DNA from: Cycas panzhihuaensis
Taxonomy: Eukaryota; Plantae; Cycadophyta
Assembly (NCBI GenBank): GCA_023213395.1
Contig: CM041465.1
Location: forward strand, 229,841,741 to 229,905,740
Reading direction: 5' to 3'
Length of the DNA stretch: 64,000 nt
Within the stretch, counting starts at the first letter, position 1. Each line of letters begins with the position of its first letter. Made by a program: the position numbers and the translations under genes. The notes beneath the pieces are model-generated. The model saw only the letters and a list, made by a program, of their open reading frames with translations, was not told the DNA's origin and searched no databases. Of the stretch, positions 38,744 to 51,318 are shown piece after piece.

Positions 38744-39332
38744 TGGAAGGTCCCCTGGCTATCGGAGGCTTAGTTATAGCCCGCCATCACGACGACGTCC
38801 AAGGTCCTCTATCCTTTGAACATTCTCCCCTGGTGAAAAGTCCTGGCCCAGTCCCTCCTCAATGGACATAGGCAACGGAACCAATGTTGACTTATAGTTT
38901 GCTACACTTGTGAAAACCAACACTTGTCAAGGGATCACTAGTTGTTGGTCTAGCTTAGGATACGGTCAACATGCTTCTTTTCCCATTAACTATCATTAAG
39001 GTTCTCATGCACACAATGTTATCACACATTCATCCTTAATTCATCACAATATCATCATAAATTCCACACAGCAGTACATAAAAGAGCATGTATTCACTAT
39101 ACAATCATCATGGAATGCATAAGACACAATATTCCATGTAACTCTTTACTTTATTAAGCAATATGCCTCATACATTCAATTCTGGAACGTATCCTGCATA
39201 CGTTCTAGCCATATACACAAGGTCTGTTACATGTGTTCCAAATAGGGAATGTATCTAGAATGCATCTGCTAGACTGTTAATCCGTACCACCTTCTTTGGT
39301 GTGTTGCCTATCATGCTACCTCATCAATTGGA

Positions 39333-39550
39333 ATACTTGGCTTTTACCGTTGGGAGAATGACATATGATTGAATGACTCGGCTTTCACCTTTGAAAATAT
39401 GCCATAGAATGAATAACTCAGCTCTCACCCCTAAAAGAATGACATAATATTGAATCACTCAGCTCTCACCCTAAAAAATATGCCATGCAATGAATAAATC
39501 ATCTCTCACCCTTGAAAGAATGACATACTATTGAATCACTCGGCTCTCAC
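39333..39550 (-). repeat. Six-unit ~41-bp array in the B 5' LTR
   Basis: Unit-for-unit counterpart of 34073-34291. Confidence 0.9.
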
Positions 39551-40110
39551 TGCTGGAATGGTGAGAAAGTGCCATTAAATACCCATTTTGGTGTCTTTTG
39601 GGTGAATGGTTATGACCCATGGTTATAACCATTCCTTTTCATAACACATATACCTTTTCACTTAACACATAATTAACAATACCAATCCATGTATTCTCTG
39701 TCTGTACGTTCATACATACATATATCCTTGTTGTCGTCATCAATTCTGAGAGCATTTGAGTTCGTTCTAGTCATGCGTACTGTTCTGGTATGTTTCGTTT
39801 GCTAGCATACCTGAAAAGGTACGCACCCTACCATGGGTTCCAGGGACCATTCTTGAGCCCATTCTAGTCATTTTTGGAGCTGTTCTAGGCTAGTTTTTGA
39901 TTATTTATGAGCCATCCTGACCATTCTGGCCTTGTTTATGGTTGTTTCTGAATCGTTTTGGCCATTCTGGGCCCGTTTCTGGTCATTTGTGAGTCGTTTT
40001 GGCTGTTTCTAACTGTGTTGATCATTTAATTTGCCAACATCTCTCCCGAGTCAACAAAAAAGGTTGAGCATCCTTGCTCAAAAAATCAAAATTTTGGTGT
40101 TGTCTCTTTC

Positions 40111-40916
40111 TTCAAGAATGTATTTGTGTGGTCTTATGAAGACCTAAAGGGCATTCCCCTAGAGATTGGGATGTACCATATAGATTTAATTGAAGAGGCA
40201 AAGTCAATTAAGTAGACACCATACTGCATGAACACCAAATACAAGGAAAAAGTAAAAACAGAATTAGATAAGATGTTAGAAGAAGGTTCTTTATGAGGTT
40301 GACTATAGCAATTGGGTGACCCTAGAGGTAGCGGTGCCCAAAAGAAATAGGAAGATCAGAGTGTTTGTTGACTATTGGCAGCTAAATAAAGTCACAAAGA
40401 AGAATCCCTTCCCAATTTTGTATATAGAGGATGTACAAGCGATGGTTGGGGTCAATGAAGTATGTTCATTTACAGATGGGTTCAGTGGGTATAACCAGGT
40501 GAGTATAATTTCAAAGGATGAAAAAAGACCACTTTTGCAATAAAATGGGGGACATATGCCTACAAGATTATACCTTTCAAATTAACAAATGCCCCAACCA
40601 TCTTTCAATGCATTATGCTTACTATTTTCAAAGAAATAATTAGAGACATAGTAGTAGTTTTTTTGGATGACTGGACTTGATATGGTATAATAAAAAACCA
40701 TACAAAAAATCTACATGAAATGTTGCAAACTTGTTGAGAAAATAACCTTTGCATAAATCCAAAAAAGTATACATTTCTTGTCCCTTTTGGTAATCTGTCC
40801 AGACACATTATCAATAAGGACGGGTTACCGACAAATCCCACTAAAGTATGTACAGTCCTACATTCCCCAACCCTAGCGACACACATGCAATTAAAAGGAT
40901 TCGTAGGATTGTTAGG
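40111..40916 (+). pseudogene. pol: Element C reverse transcriptase (non-chromovirus Gypsy type)
   Basis: FKNVFVWSYEDLKGIP, IRVFVDYWQLNKVTKKNPFP, SFTDGFSGYNQV and VFLDD. Confidence 0.88.
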
Positions 40917-42715
40917 TGTTAGGACCTTTATGTTTTATCATTAAGTCATGTATTATTTAGGCACTTTGCACCTAATGTGTAAAGTGTACTCTTTCTCTAG
41001 TGTTGTAATTCTAAGTTGTAACTTAAGAGGCTAAAGCCTCCTTTTCCCCTCTTTAGGCATTCCTACACAAGTTTATGCATGATTGACAGCTCTTTCATCT
41101 ATATAAGAGACCATTTTCTCTTATGATGTATAGAGTGGAAGATGAGTGTATTGTTATGCTACTGAGATTAATCTAAGTTTATTAGAGTGTAGAACAATTC
41201 TACCTCCTCCATCTTCGTGTGTGCTTATGTGCTTCTGATCAAATTCTTGTGGGTGTTCTTGTCATTTTGTTGTCCTTCATTATTTCCCAATTAGATCTAC
41301 GTTCTCACTTTGGTATCAGAGACAAGTGTTTGGGGTTTCACTTTAGTTGAAGGCAAGCTAGTTCCCTTCACTTTGGTGATGAACTTCACTGTATGAAGGA
41401 GATCCAAAGGAGTAGCAGTCCTATTTTCTTAGCTCTCAAGCTTCAAAATAATTTTTTGAAATTTTTTTGAAGAGTTGGATATTGAAAAAATTGAAATTTT
41501 CTTATGAAAAGTTGAGTTTATGCAAAAAAGAGGGGGTTTAATCTTTGTTTCGGATCTATCACTATTTTTTTAAGTTTGCAGGTCTATTGTACAAAAAAGT
41601 ATAGATTTGTATAGGCTATACGAAAATTCGTACAATATTTGTAGTGCTCAGAATTTGATGAAAATGGTATGAAAAGTTGCACCCAGACTAGTACTCTCTA
41701 CTATCCCAAAGGAGCATTTCAAGATTTTGACATTTACATGGTCATAAAGGCCAAAAACTGAAGTAGCCACTGAATTTCTTCTGGAGCAGATTTCTCTCAA
41801 AAAACAAAAAATTTCAATTTGATATTTTCAAACATGTTCTTCTCATCGAGATCTTTCCAAAAAGTCCTAGTTCGAGTTTTATTGAGGTTTGTATGCTCCA
41901 AAACAAGTAAAACAGGGTAAAATCCCTAAAACCCTCTAAATCACGTTTTCTACTATAACATTTTGCAGAAATTTCAAAATCAATTTTCCTCTTCTGATTT
42001 AAAACGACAAAAAGAATGAAGAGTTGTCTACACTTCTTTTTTTAATTTTTGGGTCAAAACCTAATTTCGTACAATCGTACGAAACAATACGACTCCTTCC
42101 AATTTTTCAGTATCATCAATCTCATCAATAGCTTTGTCTTCTTTTTTCAAAAAAAAAAAAATTATTTCATTGTTTTTTAAGCATGTTAGCCACACTCTCA
42201 AGCACGAAAATTTTGCATGTAATTTTAGAGATTAAAACACTTTTTTTGAGAGTTAATCATACCCACTTCAACATAAAAAATTTTGCATGTACTTCTAGTG
42301 ACTTAACACCAAAATTTTGTGTGTTTTGAGCACTTAAAGCCAAAAAAAATTTGCCAATTGTACTCATTAGAATCCCTGCATGATGCCCTAAGTCAAGCAA
42401 AATGCCAAAAAACACAAGGAGGATCACTAAAAGTCAATATTTTTTTTGTGTGGTAGGATCATTTTGACCCTAAGTGTTTTTTCTTGTGTTGGCATTGCAA
42501 AACATACTTAGTGCCTTTAACTATGTAACTTTGAAACTTAAAGTTCTCGATATTTTTGGCCTTGCATAAGCAAAAAGAGATTGAGAAGATAGGAACCTTA
42601 GAGCACTGGCAATCATCAACTTGTTAATAGCAGATAAGTTAATTACTCGTCTTTAAGTTAAAGATTTTATAACAGAAGCATGGAACACCCTTAAGGATCT
42701 GTTTGAGACAAAGGT
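40917..42715 (+). mobile_element. Copia-E 5' part (LTR 40917-41307, PBS-Met 41311-41321, long UTR, gag trace)
   Basis: TGTTAGG...CTCA followed by TGGTATCAGAG. AWNTLKDLFETK near 42680. No matching 3' LTR. Confidence 0.7.
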
Positions 42716-43189
42716 TTGTCCTATGGCATGTTAAATGGCCATCTCTTTTGAAACATGCCCCTGTCGTTTGTCTCATATTGGTGGATTTTTTAAGAAGATT
42801 TGAATTATTTTTGACCTAGCAATTCGTATTACAATAGCAGGTTTCTACAAAGGAAATGATTTGTTTTTGGCCTGGCAATTGGTGTTGCAATGAGGTGATT
42901 AAAAGTTTGGAGCATTGGGCATGGAGGCCTTGTGGACATCCAACAATAGAAGTGGACGTGTTTTGTCTTTGCCTAGATTCACTAGATGGGATTTTCTAGT
43001 GTTGGACTCCTATTGAACTGCTTGTGGCATTTAGAACTTGTTATGAGTTCTGGTGCTTAAAATATGATTGATTTTTAGTTGTAATGTGTAGGAAAATGAT
43101 GCTTCTATATTGTTGGTTGATGTTATTCTACTTGGGAAGGTTCATCAGGTTGTGGAGAATACCTATCACAATCTCTCAAAAAACAACAT

Positions 43190-44014
43190 TGTTGACTTAT
43201 AGATTTCACACCCCTTATGAGATCAATGCACTTGTCAAGGTAACATAGGTTGTAATCTAGTTTAGGATACAGTCAACATAATCATCACATAGATTTATTC
43301 ACCATTCCACACAGTTATATCACAGTTTACACACAGCAGTACAGTAATCAGCACATATTCAGCAATTCATCCTCATTACAAGCATAGAATCCATATTTCC
43401 ATGTAACTCTTTATTTTATTAAGCAATAAGTTCTTATACAAAAGGTGCTGGAATGCATTCCCTGTGCATTCCAGCCACATACACTGTCACTGTCACATGC
43501 GTACCCAGAAGGTACCCATCAATACACATGGCTTCAAGCTGTTGTCATACGTACTGGTCTCCGTACCAATGTGTCTGAATACTTGGCTCTCACCCTAGCC
43601 AGATGGTCCTTGTGAAATCACTTAAATATGCCTTCTTGGTGTCCTTTGACTGAAGGGTTATGATTGTTTGTCATAACCGTACCCTTCCAGTCACAAACGT
43701 ACCTTTTGCTAACCATTGGTTAATCTTCTTAACCATTGTCTTAATCCATCCGTACGTACGTCTGACATCATCCCAGGTATCCTTTCGTCAAGTTCTGTCA
43801 TGCGTACCTTTACCATCTGCTTGCATTCTGCCGGAGGTACATATCTGTGTTGCGTAGCTTCTCAGGTACGCACCTGTCATACGTACCAAGAATGTTGACT
43901 TTTCCGTCTTTTTGCTGCATGTGTACCTCCGTACAGTCCGTACCTGTACATCCAAGGTTACCTAGTCTCTCTCTGGTCTCCTCATAGCCTAGCGTGTCAC
44001 AATATGCCCCAACA
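43190..44014 (-). mobile_element. Solo LTR of the tRNA-Glu Gypsy family
   Basis: TGTTGAC...CCAACA with TSD AACAT at 43185-43189 and 44015-44019. Homologous to the A and B LTRs, with no PBS or PPT. Confidence 0.92.
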
Positions 44015-44225
44015 AACATGTAGGCTCAAAAAAGATTTCTAAAGACTGGTACACATAATAGGGTGAATGCAATTGAAAGCATTTGCAAGTTGCATGTTGG
44101 ATCCTATTAAGAGTTTGTTGGACTTGAAGAGAAGCTCAATGGAGAATCTCGTGAACCATGAAGGCTTGGCTAGAAAGAAGGGTGGCAGTCTTGATATGGA
44201 GGCTGAGTCATCGTATAAGCTAGTC

Positions 44226-45656
44226 CTGAATCTATTCAAGACAAAGAACAAGACACGAGTCTTGTATTTTCAAAGCTTGCTTTACTCTTGTAAAATGCCT
44301 ATGGCTCTATCTCTCTTCAACTACAAAAGTTGAAGAAGATGAGAGAGAAATTTGTTGTTGTAGGAGAAATTGTAGAGGATATCACTCTTAACAACCTACA
44401 TGAGGACTATCATACTTTTGTAACAAGATAAGTTGACCTCAACCTCTTATTTTTGATGAGTTGGGTGCCTTATTACTGCATAAAGAGCAACAAATTAATT
44501 ATTTGTTATGGTGATGCTAGTGCCAGTGTTGTGGTGTTTTCATTTAAATTTAAAAAGAAAACACCTAACAATTCTACAAAGCAACAATCACAAGGTTGTA
44601 ACAATAATGCATAAAAATTAAAGAATGATATTGTATACCGATATGGTGATATTTGGAGAAGCAATGTTGAAAGAAGAAAGCTCTCTATGGGCTCAAACAG
44701 CCACCAAGAGCATGGTATTCATGCATTGATGATCAAGTTATATCTCTTGAATTCACTAAATATGAATCTGACCACAGCTTGTATGTACTGCATGATGTTG
44801 ATGAAATCCTTTTTGTAGCTTGGTATAGACAATTGGTGGGTAGTCTCATTTATTTGACCAACACTAGGCTTCATCAACATCAGGATATGCATTTGCACTT
44901 AATTCTGGTTTGACCTCTTGGAGTGGCAAGAAACAATCTACAGTTTCTTTGTCTTCCACCGAGGCAGGATATAAAACAATTATAGCAACTTGTGAAGTCA
45001 TTTGGCTTAGAGGACTTTTTAAACACTTTGGACTTATTCAAGATGACCTGACTCAGTTATTCTGCAACACTCAAGGTGCTATATAACTATCAAAGAATCT
45101 GATTTTCCACACCAAAACAAAACATGTGAAAATTCACCATCACTTTATTTGAGAGCAAGTAGAGAATGACACAATTGAATTGATCTATCGTCCCTTAGAA
45201 GATCAAATTGTTGATATTCTCACCAAGGCTTTGAGTCATGAAAAGTTTGAAAGACTTAGGACACTAATGTTTATGAGAGAAAATGAACTTGACGTTATGG
45301 GAGGGTGTTAGAAGTAATGTCCATTCATGTTAAATGTTCACTTAAGTTCATTTTTTATGTTATTAGAATATTTCCTCACATGGAATATTCTTGCTCAAGT
45401 CATTAATGAAGGGGATTAAAAGAAGCCAAACTGGTGATTAAGTGCCCACCACAAATTATGGTAGGTGCCCACCTTAAAATAAGGTAGACCATTATTAGAT
45501 GTGTAAGATATGTAGCTCTATATATGTCTAATATAATTCACTATTTTTAATCAATGAGATTTTGGAGAGTTGTGATTCCCTAATATTTTCTCATCTCTTG
45601 CACCTTCTGCATGTGGCTAATGCTGTGAATTCTACTAATATCCTTCATCTCTAACA
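44226..45656 (+). mobile_element. Copia-F internally deleted remnant (gag trace, RT end, RH, 3' LTR 45306-45656)
   Basis: LFKTKNKTRVL, LVGSLIYLTNTR and TKHVKIHHHF, then PPT GGGAGGG followed by TGTTAGAAG. The LTR is related to Copia-H. Confidence 0.7.
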
Positions 45657-46210
45657 GAGCATGGTTCTCCAGGATAAATGATTACATTCAAAGACATAGT
45701 TTCCTTCGCTCCTAATCAGACTCAAACCTGTGTTAAGATTCAACATCAGCATGTGACACTTGTGATCCTATATGTTGATGACTTCATTATCACAAAGAAT
45801 AATATAGAGATGATTAAGAGTCTCCAAGGGGACTTAAAAAGGAGTTTTAAGATGACTAACCTTGTACTTCTTCATTACTTTCTTACAGCAACCTAGCAAC
45901 ATTCTTATTTCATAGGCTAAGTATACTTTGGAGATCTTGCAACAGTTCAACATGGAAGATTGCAAGACATCACCGACCACCATGGAGACAGGCACCAAGT
46001 TGACAAAAGATGAGGATGGCACACTTGTAGATACCACTCTTTACAAATAGCTAGTGGGCAGTCTCATCTACTTGACTAACACTATACTAGACATTGCTTA
46101 CGCAGTTGGGAACTATTCGAGCTTCATGTCTCGGCACAAGCAAAGTCACTAGATTGCTACAAAAAGGGTACTCAAATATTCGAAGTGTACTTTGCAACTC
46201 GATCTTCAGT
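45657..46210 (+). pseudogene. pol: Isolated Copia RT fragment
   Basis: ILYVDDFII..FKMTNL and LVGSLIYLTN. Confidence 0.75.
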
Positions 46211-47348
46211 AGTACAATGCATTGCCCCTTGTGTTGGGCTTGGATTGAGTGTGCATTTGAAAACTATATAGGGGTTGAACTTGTGTCCACTAGATAACAA
46301 ATGACACCAATTAACTTGCAAGGTAACCTAGTTTCTAGCATCAAATATCCTTGTCTCATCCCAATATCTTCTAGCTAGTCTTGTATAGCAACCATGCTTG
46401 TAGATCTATGACACTTTGTTTTTGCATTGTCCCCTTTGATTGGGCATACATGGCATTCTTCAAATGATATGATGTATTCATTTATGGCCTCAAGATAGTG
46501 CTCTACCTAGTTGTGTGGTGAATGTATTCCTCCCAACATGTTGAGGTATAGATCATGGGGAGGGTAAATTCTCATGGTTGTTTCTCTTTTCTTTATTACG
46601 TGTATATACCTTTTTAGTAAGATGACTTAACCATCTTTGCAATGAGAAAAAAGGTAATCACAGTAAGTTGAGGTCCTATTGCCCCCATTTCTAGCCCTTG
46701 CACAAAAATAAGGTATAAATAAATAAAAACAAGTTTGGCTTTAGTAAAGGATGAAAGGATGATATGCGAATAAGAGTCAGACGCAGATCACTATGCGAGA
46801 AGTGTCGATGTGTGAAATTTTCATGTAGAACATGTGCATGCGAGCAGACTCTATGCAGAAAATGTCCTTGCAAAACATAAAGACACGTGCAAGAAAAAGA
46901 TCGTTGGGACCCAGAACTTAACCCTTAAGCAAAACTTCATTTCCTCAATGATACACATTTACAAAAGGAGACACGAAACAATGAAATAAAGTAAGATGCA
47001 GGAAAGGATGACACGGAAAAACAAAGATGAAATGATACATTCTTGCATGATTGTTCCACATGCGAACATGACTTTCTCAACAAAGCTTATGAAAAGCAAT
47101 AACATGCAAGAAGACATGATGCGGGAAAAGAATCAGAGCATCATCATGTAATACAAAAGACTCAATGTCATAGAACAAAAGGTCGTCACGCGAGATGAAC
47201 CCACACAAGTTGTATTTCTATGATCTTTAGATTTGGAAAAGTAAATATCCAAAGTGGACTATTATGCAGACATATAGAAGATGGTAACACAATGTAATCT
47301 AGGCCCTTGATCTTAAAGTGTTCTTTAAATCACAATCATTCATTCCCC

Positions 47349-48552
47349 AATACTCACCATGATTAAAATCTAACTACTCAATGTAATGTGTCTTAATGAT
47401 TCTAGCAATGTTGACGCATTATTAATGTGATTGTATGCTCAACCTATAAGAAACAAATGCACAATTGAAAAGACTACAAAACATCAAGTGATCATGATAC
47501 AAGCATTAACTTGCATTATGCACGTCTACATTGTTTTGATGATTATACAAGTTCTCAGGACGAAGCAAGTTATATAATATGCAGAGCCTACAAGCTAGAG
47601 GATTAGAAGTGCGAGTTGAATTGTCTAGATTTGCATACGGGGGATTGAAGAAATGTCGAGGTGAGAATGCTTACAAAAGATTTATTAAATATGGTACATC
47701 CTCAGTGACAAGATGGCCATAAGAGACGTAAATCATGTACTATTTCAAACTTTGCATTGGGCAAACAATCAATTGTAGAAAAGCAATAAGAGCACAAATT
47801 GAATTTTTACCTAATGTAAGGGCAATCCCTTATCAAGGATTGCAATATAAAAACTCTAGAAAATCCGACAGGGAGAAGTTGGATATGTGCACATAGGAGG
47901 TTAGCTCTAAAAACAGAAATCCAATCATGAGGATGGCTATAAACAGGCATAGCAAGCATCATGGAGTTACAATTTTGCCCATCCATCTGAAGTCGACTAT
48001 TGCTTCTACAACATATCGTCGATACATGACCTCCTACTGAAGCAAGGTTAGTACACATGAATCTAGTGCTTATATCCAAGTAGAAGATGAGAAATCATAC
48101 ACATCATTGGCCAACCTTGATAGGTAACCGAATAATCTTCGTCATGATGGATGTCTTAATGGTAGTACAGAGTCACATTTAACCATATCACAATGTTCAA
48201 GACTACTTCAATAGCAGGACTTGCAATGTTGTTACAACAAAAGCACTTACTTATAAGGGATTTGTGCAACAATTGCAACCAACTAATCATGCCCTCACAA
48301 TAGAGTGGTTACACAAGAAATTCTATAAATGCGTGACAATAGGACTAGAAAAAGGATAAAAGGTGGTGGAAAGGGTGGGGCTCGAGTCACATTTCCTTCT
48401 CTTCTTAGAATTTTCTCTCTCTTCATTTATTCTTCTTTCTTCATCTTTCTCTATTGATATACGTCTACACTTGTATTTCGGGCAAAAATGTATTTTTGGT
48501 AAGAGGGAATTTACATGTAGTAGAATTCTTCTAAACCTGCAATTTCTTCAAT
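47349..48552 (+). repeat. Long dispersed repeat G, copy 1 (probable part of a large LTR, perhaps ~46700-49500)
   Basis: Colinear with 62796-64000. TATAAAT at 48324-48330 is followed by a purine tract and then a CT-rich tract. Confidence 0.8.
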
Positions 48553-49515
48553 AAGTGCATTTTGCTGCTAAGATCAAGTCCTTACTAGTTCATCAATTTG
48601 TATTAGTTGATTTTGTTGGGTAGCACTTCTACACTCAAGCATTCTATTGTATGCAAACTATTGTTCACATTCGAAATGCGTGTTATCTCAAGAAATGAGT
48701 GTTTTTCCTCAATTCGTTAAGCATATTGTTTGATGTCTTGATGCAAACAATTCATTTGGTGAATAAGGATAAAAATCTTGCATTCGTTTTATTGTTTGTT
48801 GATCGTCCCTTTTATGTTTTCCTTTTAAGTCTAGGGTGAGAGTCATCTAAATATACGCCAGGGTTGTTGTTCGACTATATTTTGGCAATTAACTTTGGGC
48901 TATCGGAAAAATGTATAATCTACATTTTCAATGTCGATATTGACAAAAACAAGAGGATCAAGCAAGAAGCCAATGAATGCAGTGGAAGGCAAGATCTTTC
49001 ATGTCATAAGGGGTCTCTACCTACTAATTTAGCCCATGCAAATCAAGACATTGACCCAATTTCTTTTGATAGGCATATATGGTGAGAAAATGGAAGTCGT
49101 TTCTTTTTATCTTTCGTAATCTTTCCCTTTGTTTCCTTTTCTTTTCCCCCTCGTCTTTTCTTTCTTTACTTCTTACTTTCATAGTCTAAAAATGTTTGTA
49201 ACTCTACTTGGTGATCATTGGTTCCTCATCTTTGTACAATATATGCATTATGTATTTTCTGTATTATACACGCCAACATTACCATGCTGAAGAGTTTAGA
49301 CATTTTGCGTTTTCCACTCTATTGTCTATGCTTGTGCATTCAAACACACAGACCAGACCTTGTTATAGTCAATCATTTGGGGGGTACAACGATATAGAGA
49401 GTCAACAATAAATTGGTGATCATACTAGGGACACATCCTCCATATTATTTTTTCTATTTTCTTTCTTAGGATCACCAGTGTACATACCAAATTTGGTGTT
49501 TCACTATATAGTCAA

Positions 49516-51318
49516 TGTCAGAAAAGAAGGATAAGAGTAGAGTTCATAGCATTCATCACATATAGAAGGAGTAGGTAGTGAAAAAACATTAATGAATCAC
49601 GACTCTCCAAATTCTCATTGCTCAAAATAGTTGATTACAACTACATATCTTCCACTCCCACAATGGATAATTAATGGCCTACCTTATTTTATGATAGACT
49701 ACTATTTTATTTTGCGATGGTCTCTAACCACCAATTTTGACTTCATTTAAGCCTATAATTAATGCCCTAACTAAGAATATTCCATATGAAGAAATATTCT
49801 AATTACATGAAAATGAACTTAAATGAACATAAAATAAGAATGAACATTACTTCTAACACCCTCCCATAATGTGAAGTTCATTTGCTCTCAAAAACAATAA
49901 TGTCCTAAGTGTCTCAAACTTCTCATGACTCAAAGCCTTAGTGAGAATATTAGCAATTTAATATTCTATAGGACAATAGATCAATTCAACTGTGCCATGC
50001 TCTACTTGCTCTCAAATGAAATGATGGTGAATTTCCACATGCTTTGTTCTAGTGTGGAAAACCGAATTCTTTGATAGTTATATGGCACCTTGATTGTCAT
50101 AGAACAATTGAGTGGGGTCATCTTGAATAAGTCCAAGGTGATTAAGAAGTCCTCTAAGCCCAATGGCTTCATAAACTGTTGTAACTGTTACTTTATATTC
50201 TACCTCGATGGAAGACAAAGAAATTGTAAATTGTTTCTCACTGCCCCAAGAGAACAAACTAGAACTAAGTGCAAATACATAGCCTGATGTTGATTTTCTC
50301 CCATCAGCATCCCCTGCCTAATTTGAGTCAGTGTAGCCTTGCAATCTGAATTTAGATGATTTCTGAAATAAAAGTCCAAACCAAATAGTTCCTTGAACAT
50401 ATCTCAAAATGTGTTTTGTTGCCATCTAATCTGTAGTAGATGGAGCACTCATCTAATGTGATACAATACCTCCAACATAACTAAGATTAGGCCTAGTGTT
50501 AATCAAATAAATAAGACTACCCACCATTTGCCTATACAAAAATACAGCTTTAGCACCAAATTCTTTGATTAATTTAAGACCAACATCCATGGGGATAGCG
50601 ACTAGCTTGCAGTTTTCCATGTAGAAGTGTCTCAAGATATTATGTGTATATTTTGATTAAGATATAAAGATGTTGTCACTCTTTTGCCAAATTTCCATCC
50701 CAAGATAAAAATGTAAAAGTCCAAGATTAGTCATCTTAAAAGCTTCAGACAATTGTTTTTTTAGAGAATTGATCATTTTAGTGTCACTACCAGTTATAAT
50801 GAGATCATCAACATACAAAGCTACAATTAGGATTTTATCATCCTCATGCAATACATACAAGTTGTGATATGATTCACATCTAGTGAATCCAAGAGAGATA
50901 AAGCGATCATCAATGCATGAATACCATGCCCTTGGTGCTTGTTTAAGCCCATAGAAAGCTTTCTTCAATCTACAAACAAACTACTCATGACCCACCTTTT
51001 CAAATCCTTCAGACTGCTTCATGTAAACCTCCTCATCAAGAATGACTTTCAAAAAAACATTCTTCACATCCATCTAATGAAGTTCTCAACCAAATTGAGT
51101 TGCAAGAGTCACTAACATCCTAATAGTAGTCATTTTTGCTATTGGTGTAAAAGTGTCTTCAAAGTCAATTCCTATTGTTTGAGCATAGCCTTTTGCAACA
51201 AGTCAAGCTTTGTATTGTTCTATAGTATCATCTGATTAATAGTTAATTCAATATACCCATTTGCAACCAATTACTTTCTTCCCAAGAGGTAACACAACAA
51301 GATCCCAAGTGTCATTTT
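49516..51318 (-). mobile_element. Copia-H 3' part (3' LTR 49516-49858, RH, RT), interrupted by Copia-I
   Basis: PPT (reverse complement CCCTCCC) at 49859. KAFYGLKQAPRAWY and LYVDDL. Same family as Copia-F, in inverted orientation. Confidence 0.85.

Larger units (their letters stand above)
33629..40112 (-). mobile_element. Element B: second non-autonomous tRNA-Glu Gypsy, inserted in the C RT start, with a ~73-bp extension beyond its 5' LTR
   Basis: LTRs at 33629-34770 and 38885-40039. PBS (reverse complement GGCAACGGAACCA) at 38871-38883. Gag-PR-GPY/F at about 38743 to 35200. 40040-40112 duplicates 34771-34842. Confidence 0.92.
17675..40916 (+). mobile_element. Element C: old RT-containing non-chromovirus Gypsy of the tRNA-Glu family, host of Copia-D (with A inside) and of B; 3'-truncated
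   Basis: Degenerate 5' LTR at ~17675-18307 and PBS TGGTTTCATTGCC at 18309-18321. Gag at 18895-20235 and 30886-31200, PR around 31622, RT at 33444-33628 plus 40111-40916. Coding sequence is continuous across both insertions. Confidence 0.85.

Noticed and set aside
40917-45656. Single Copia bounded by LTRs at 40917 and 45306
   Set aside because: The two LTRs are unrelated and the flanks (TTAGG and GAGCA) are not a TSD.
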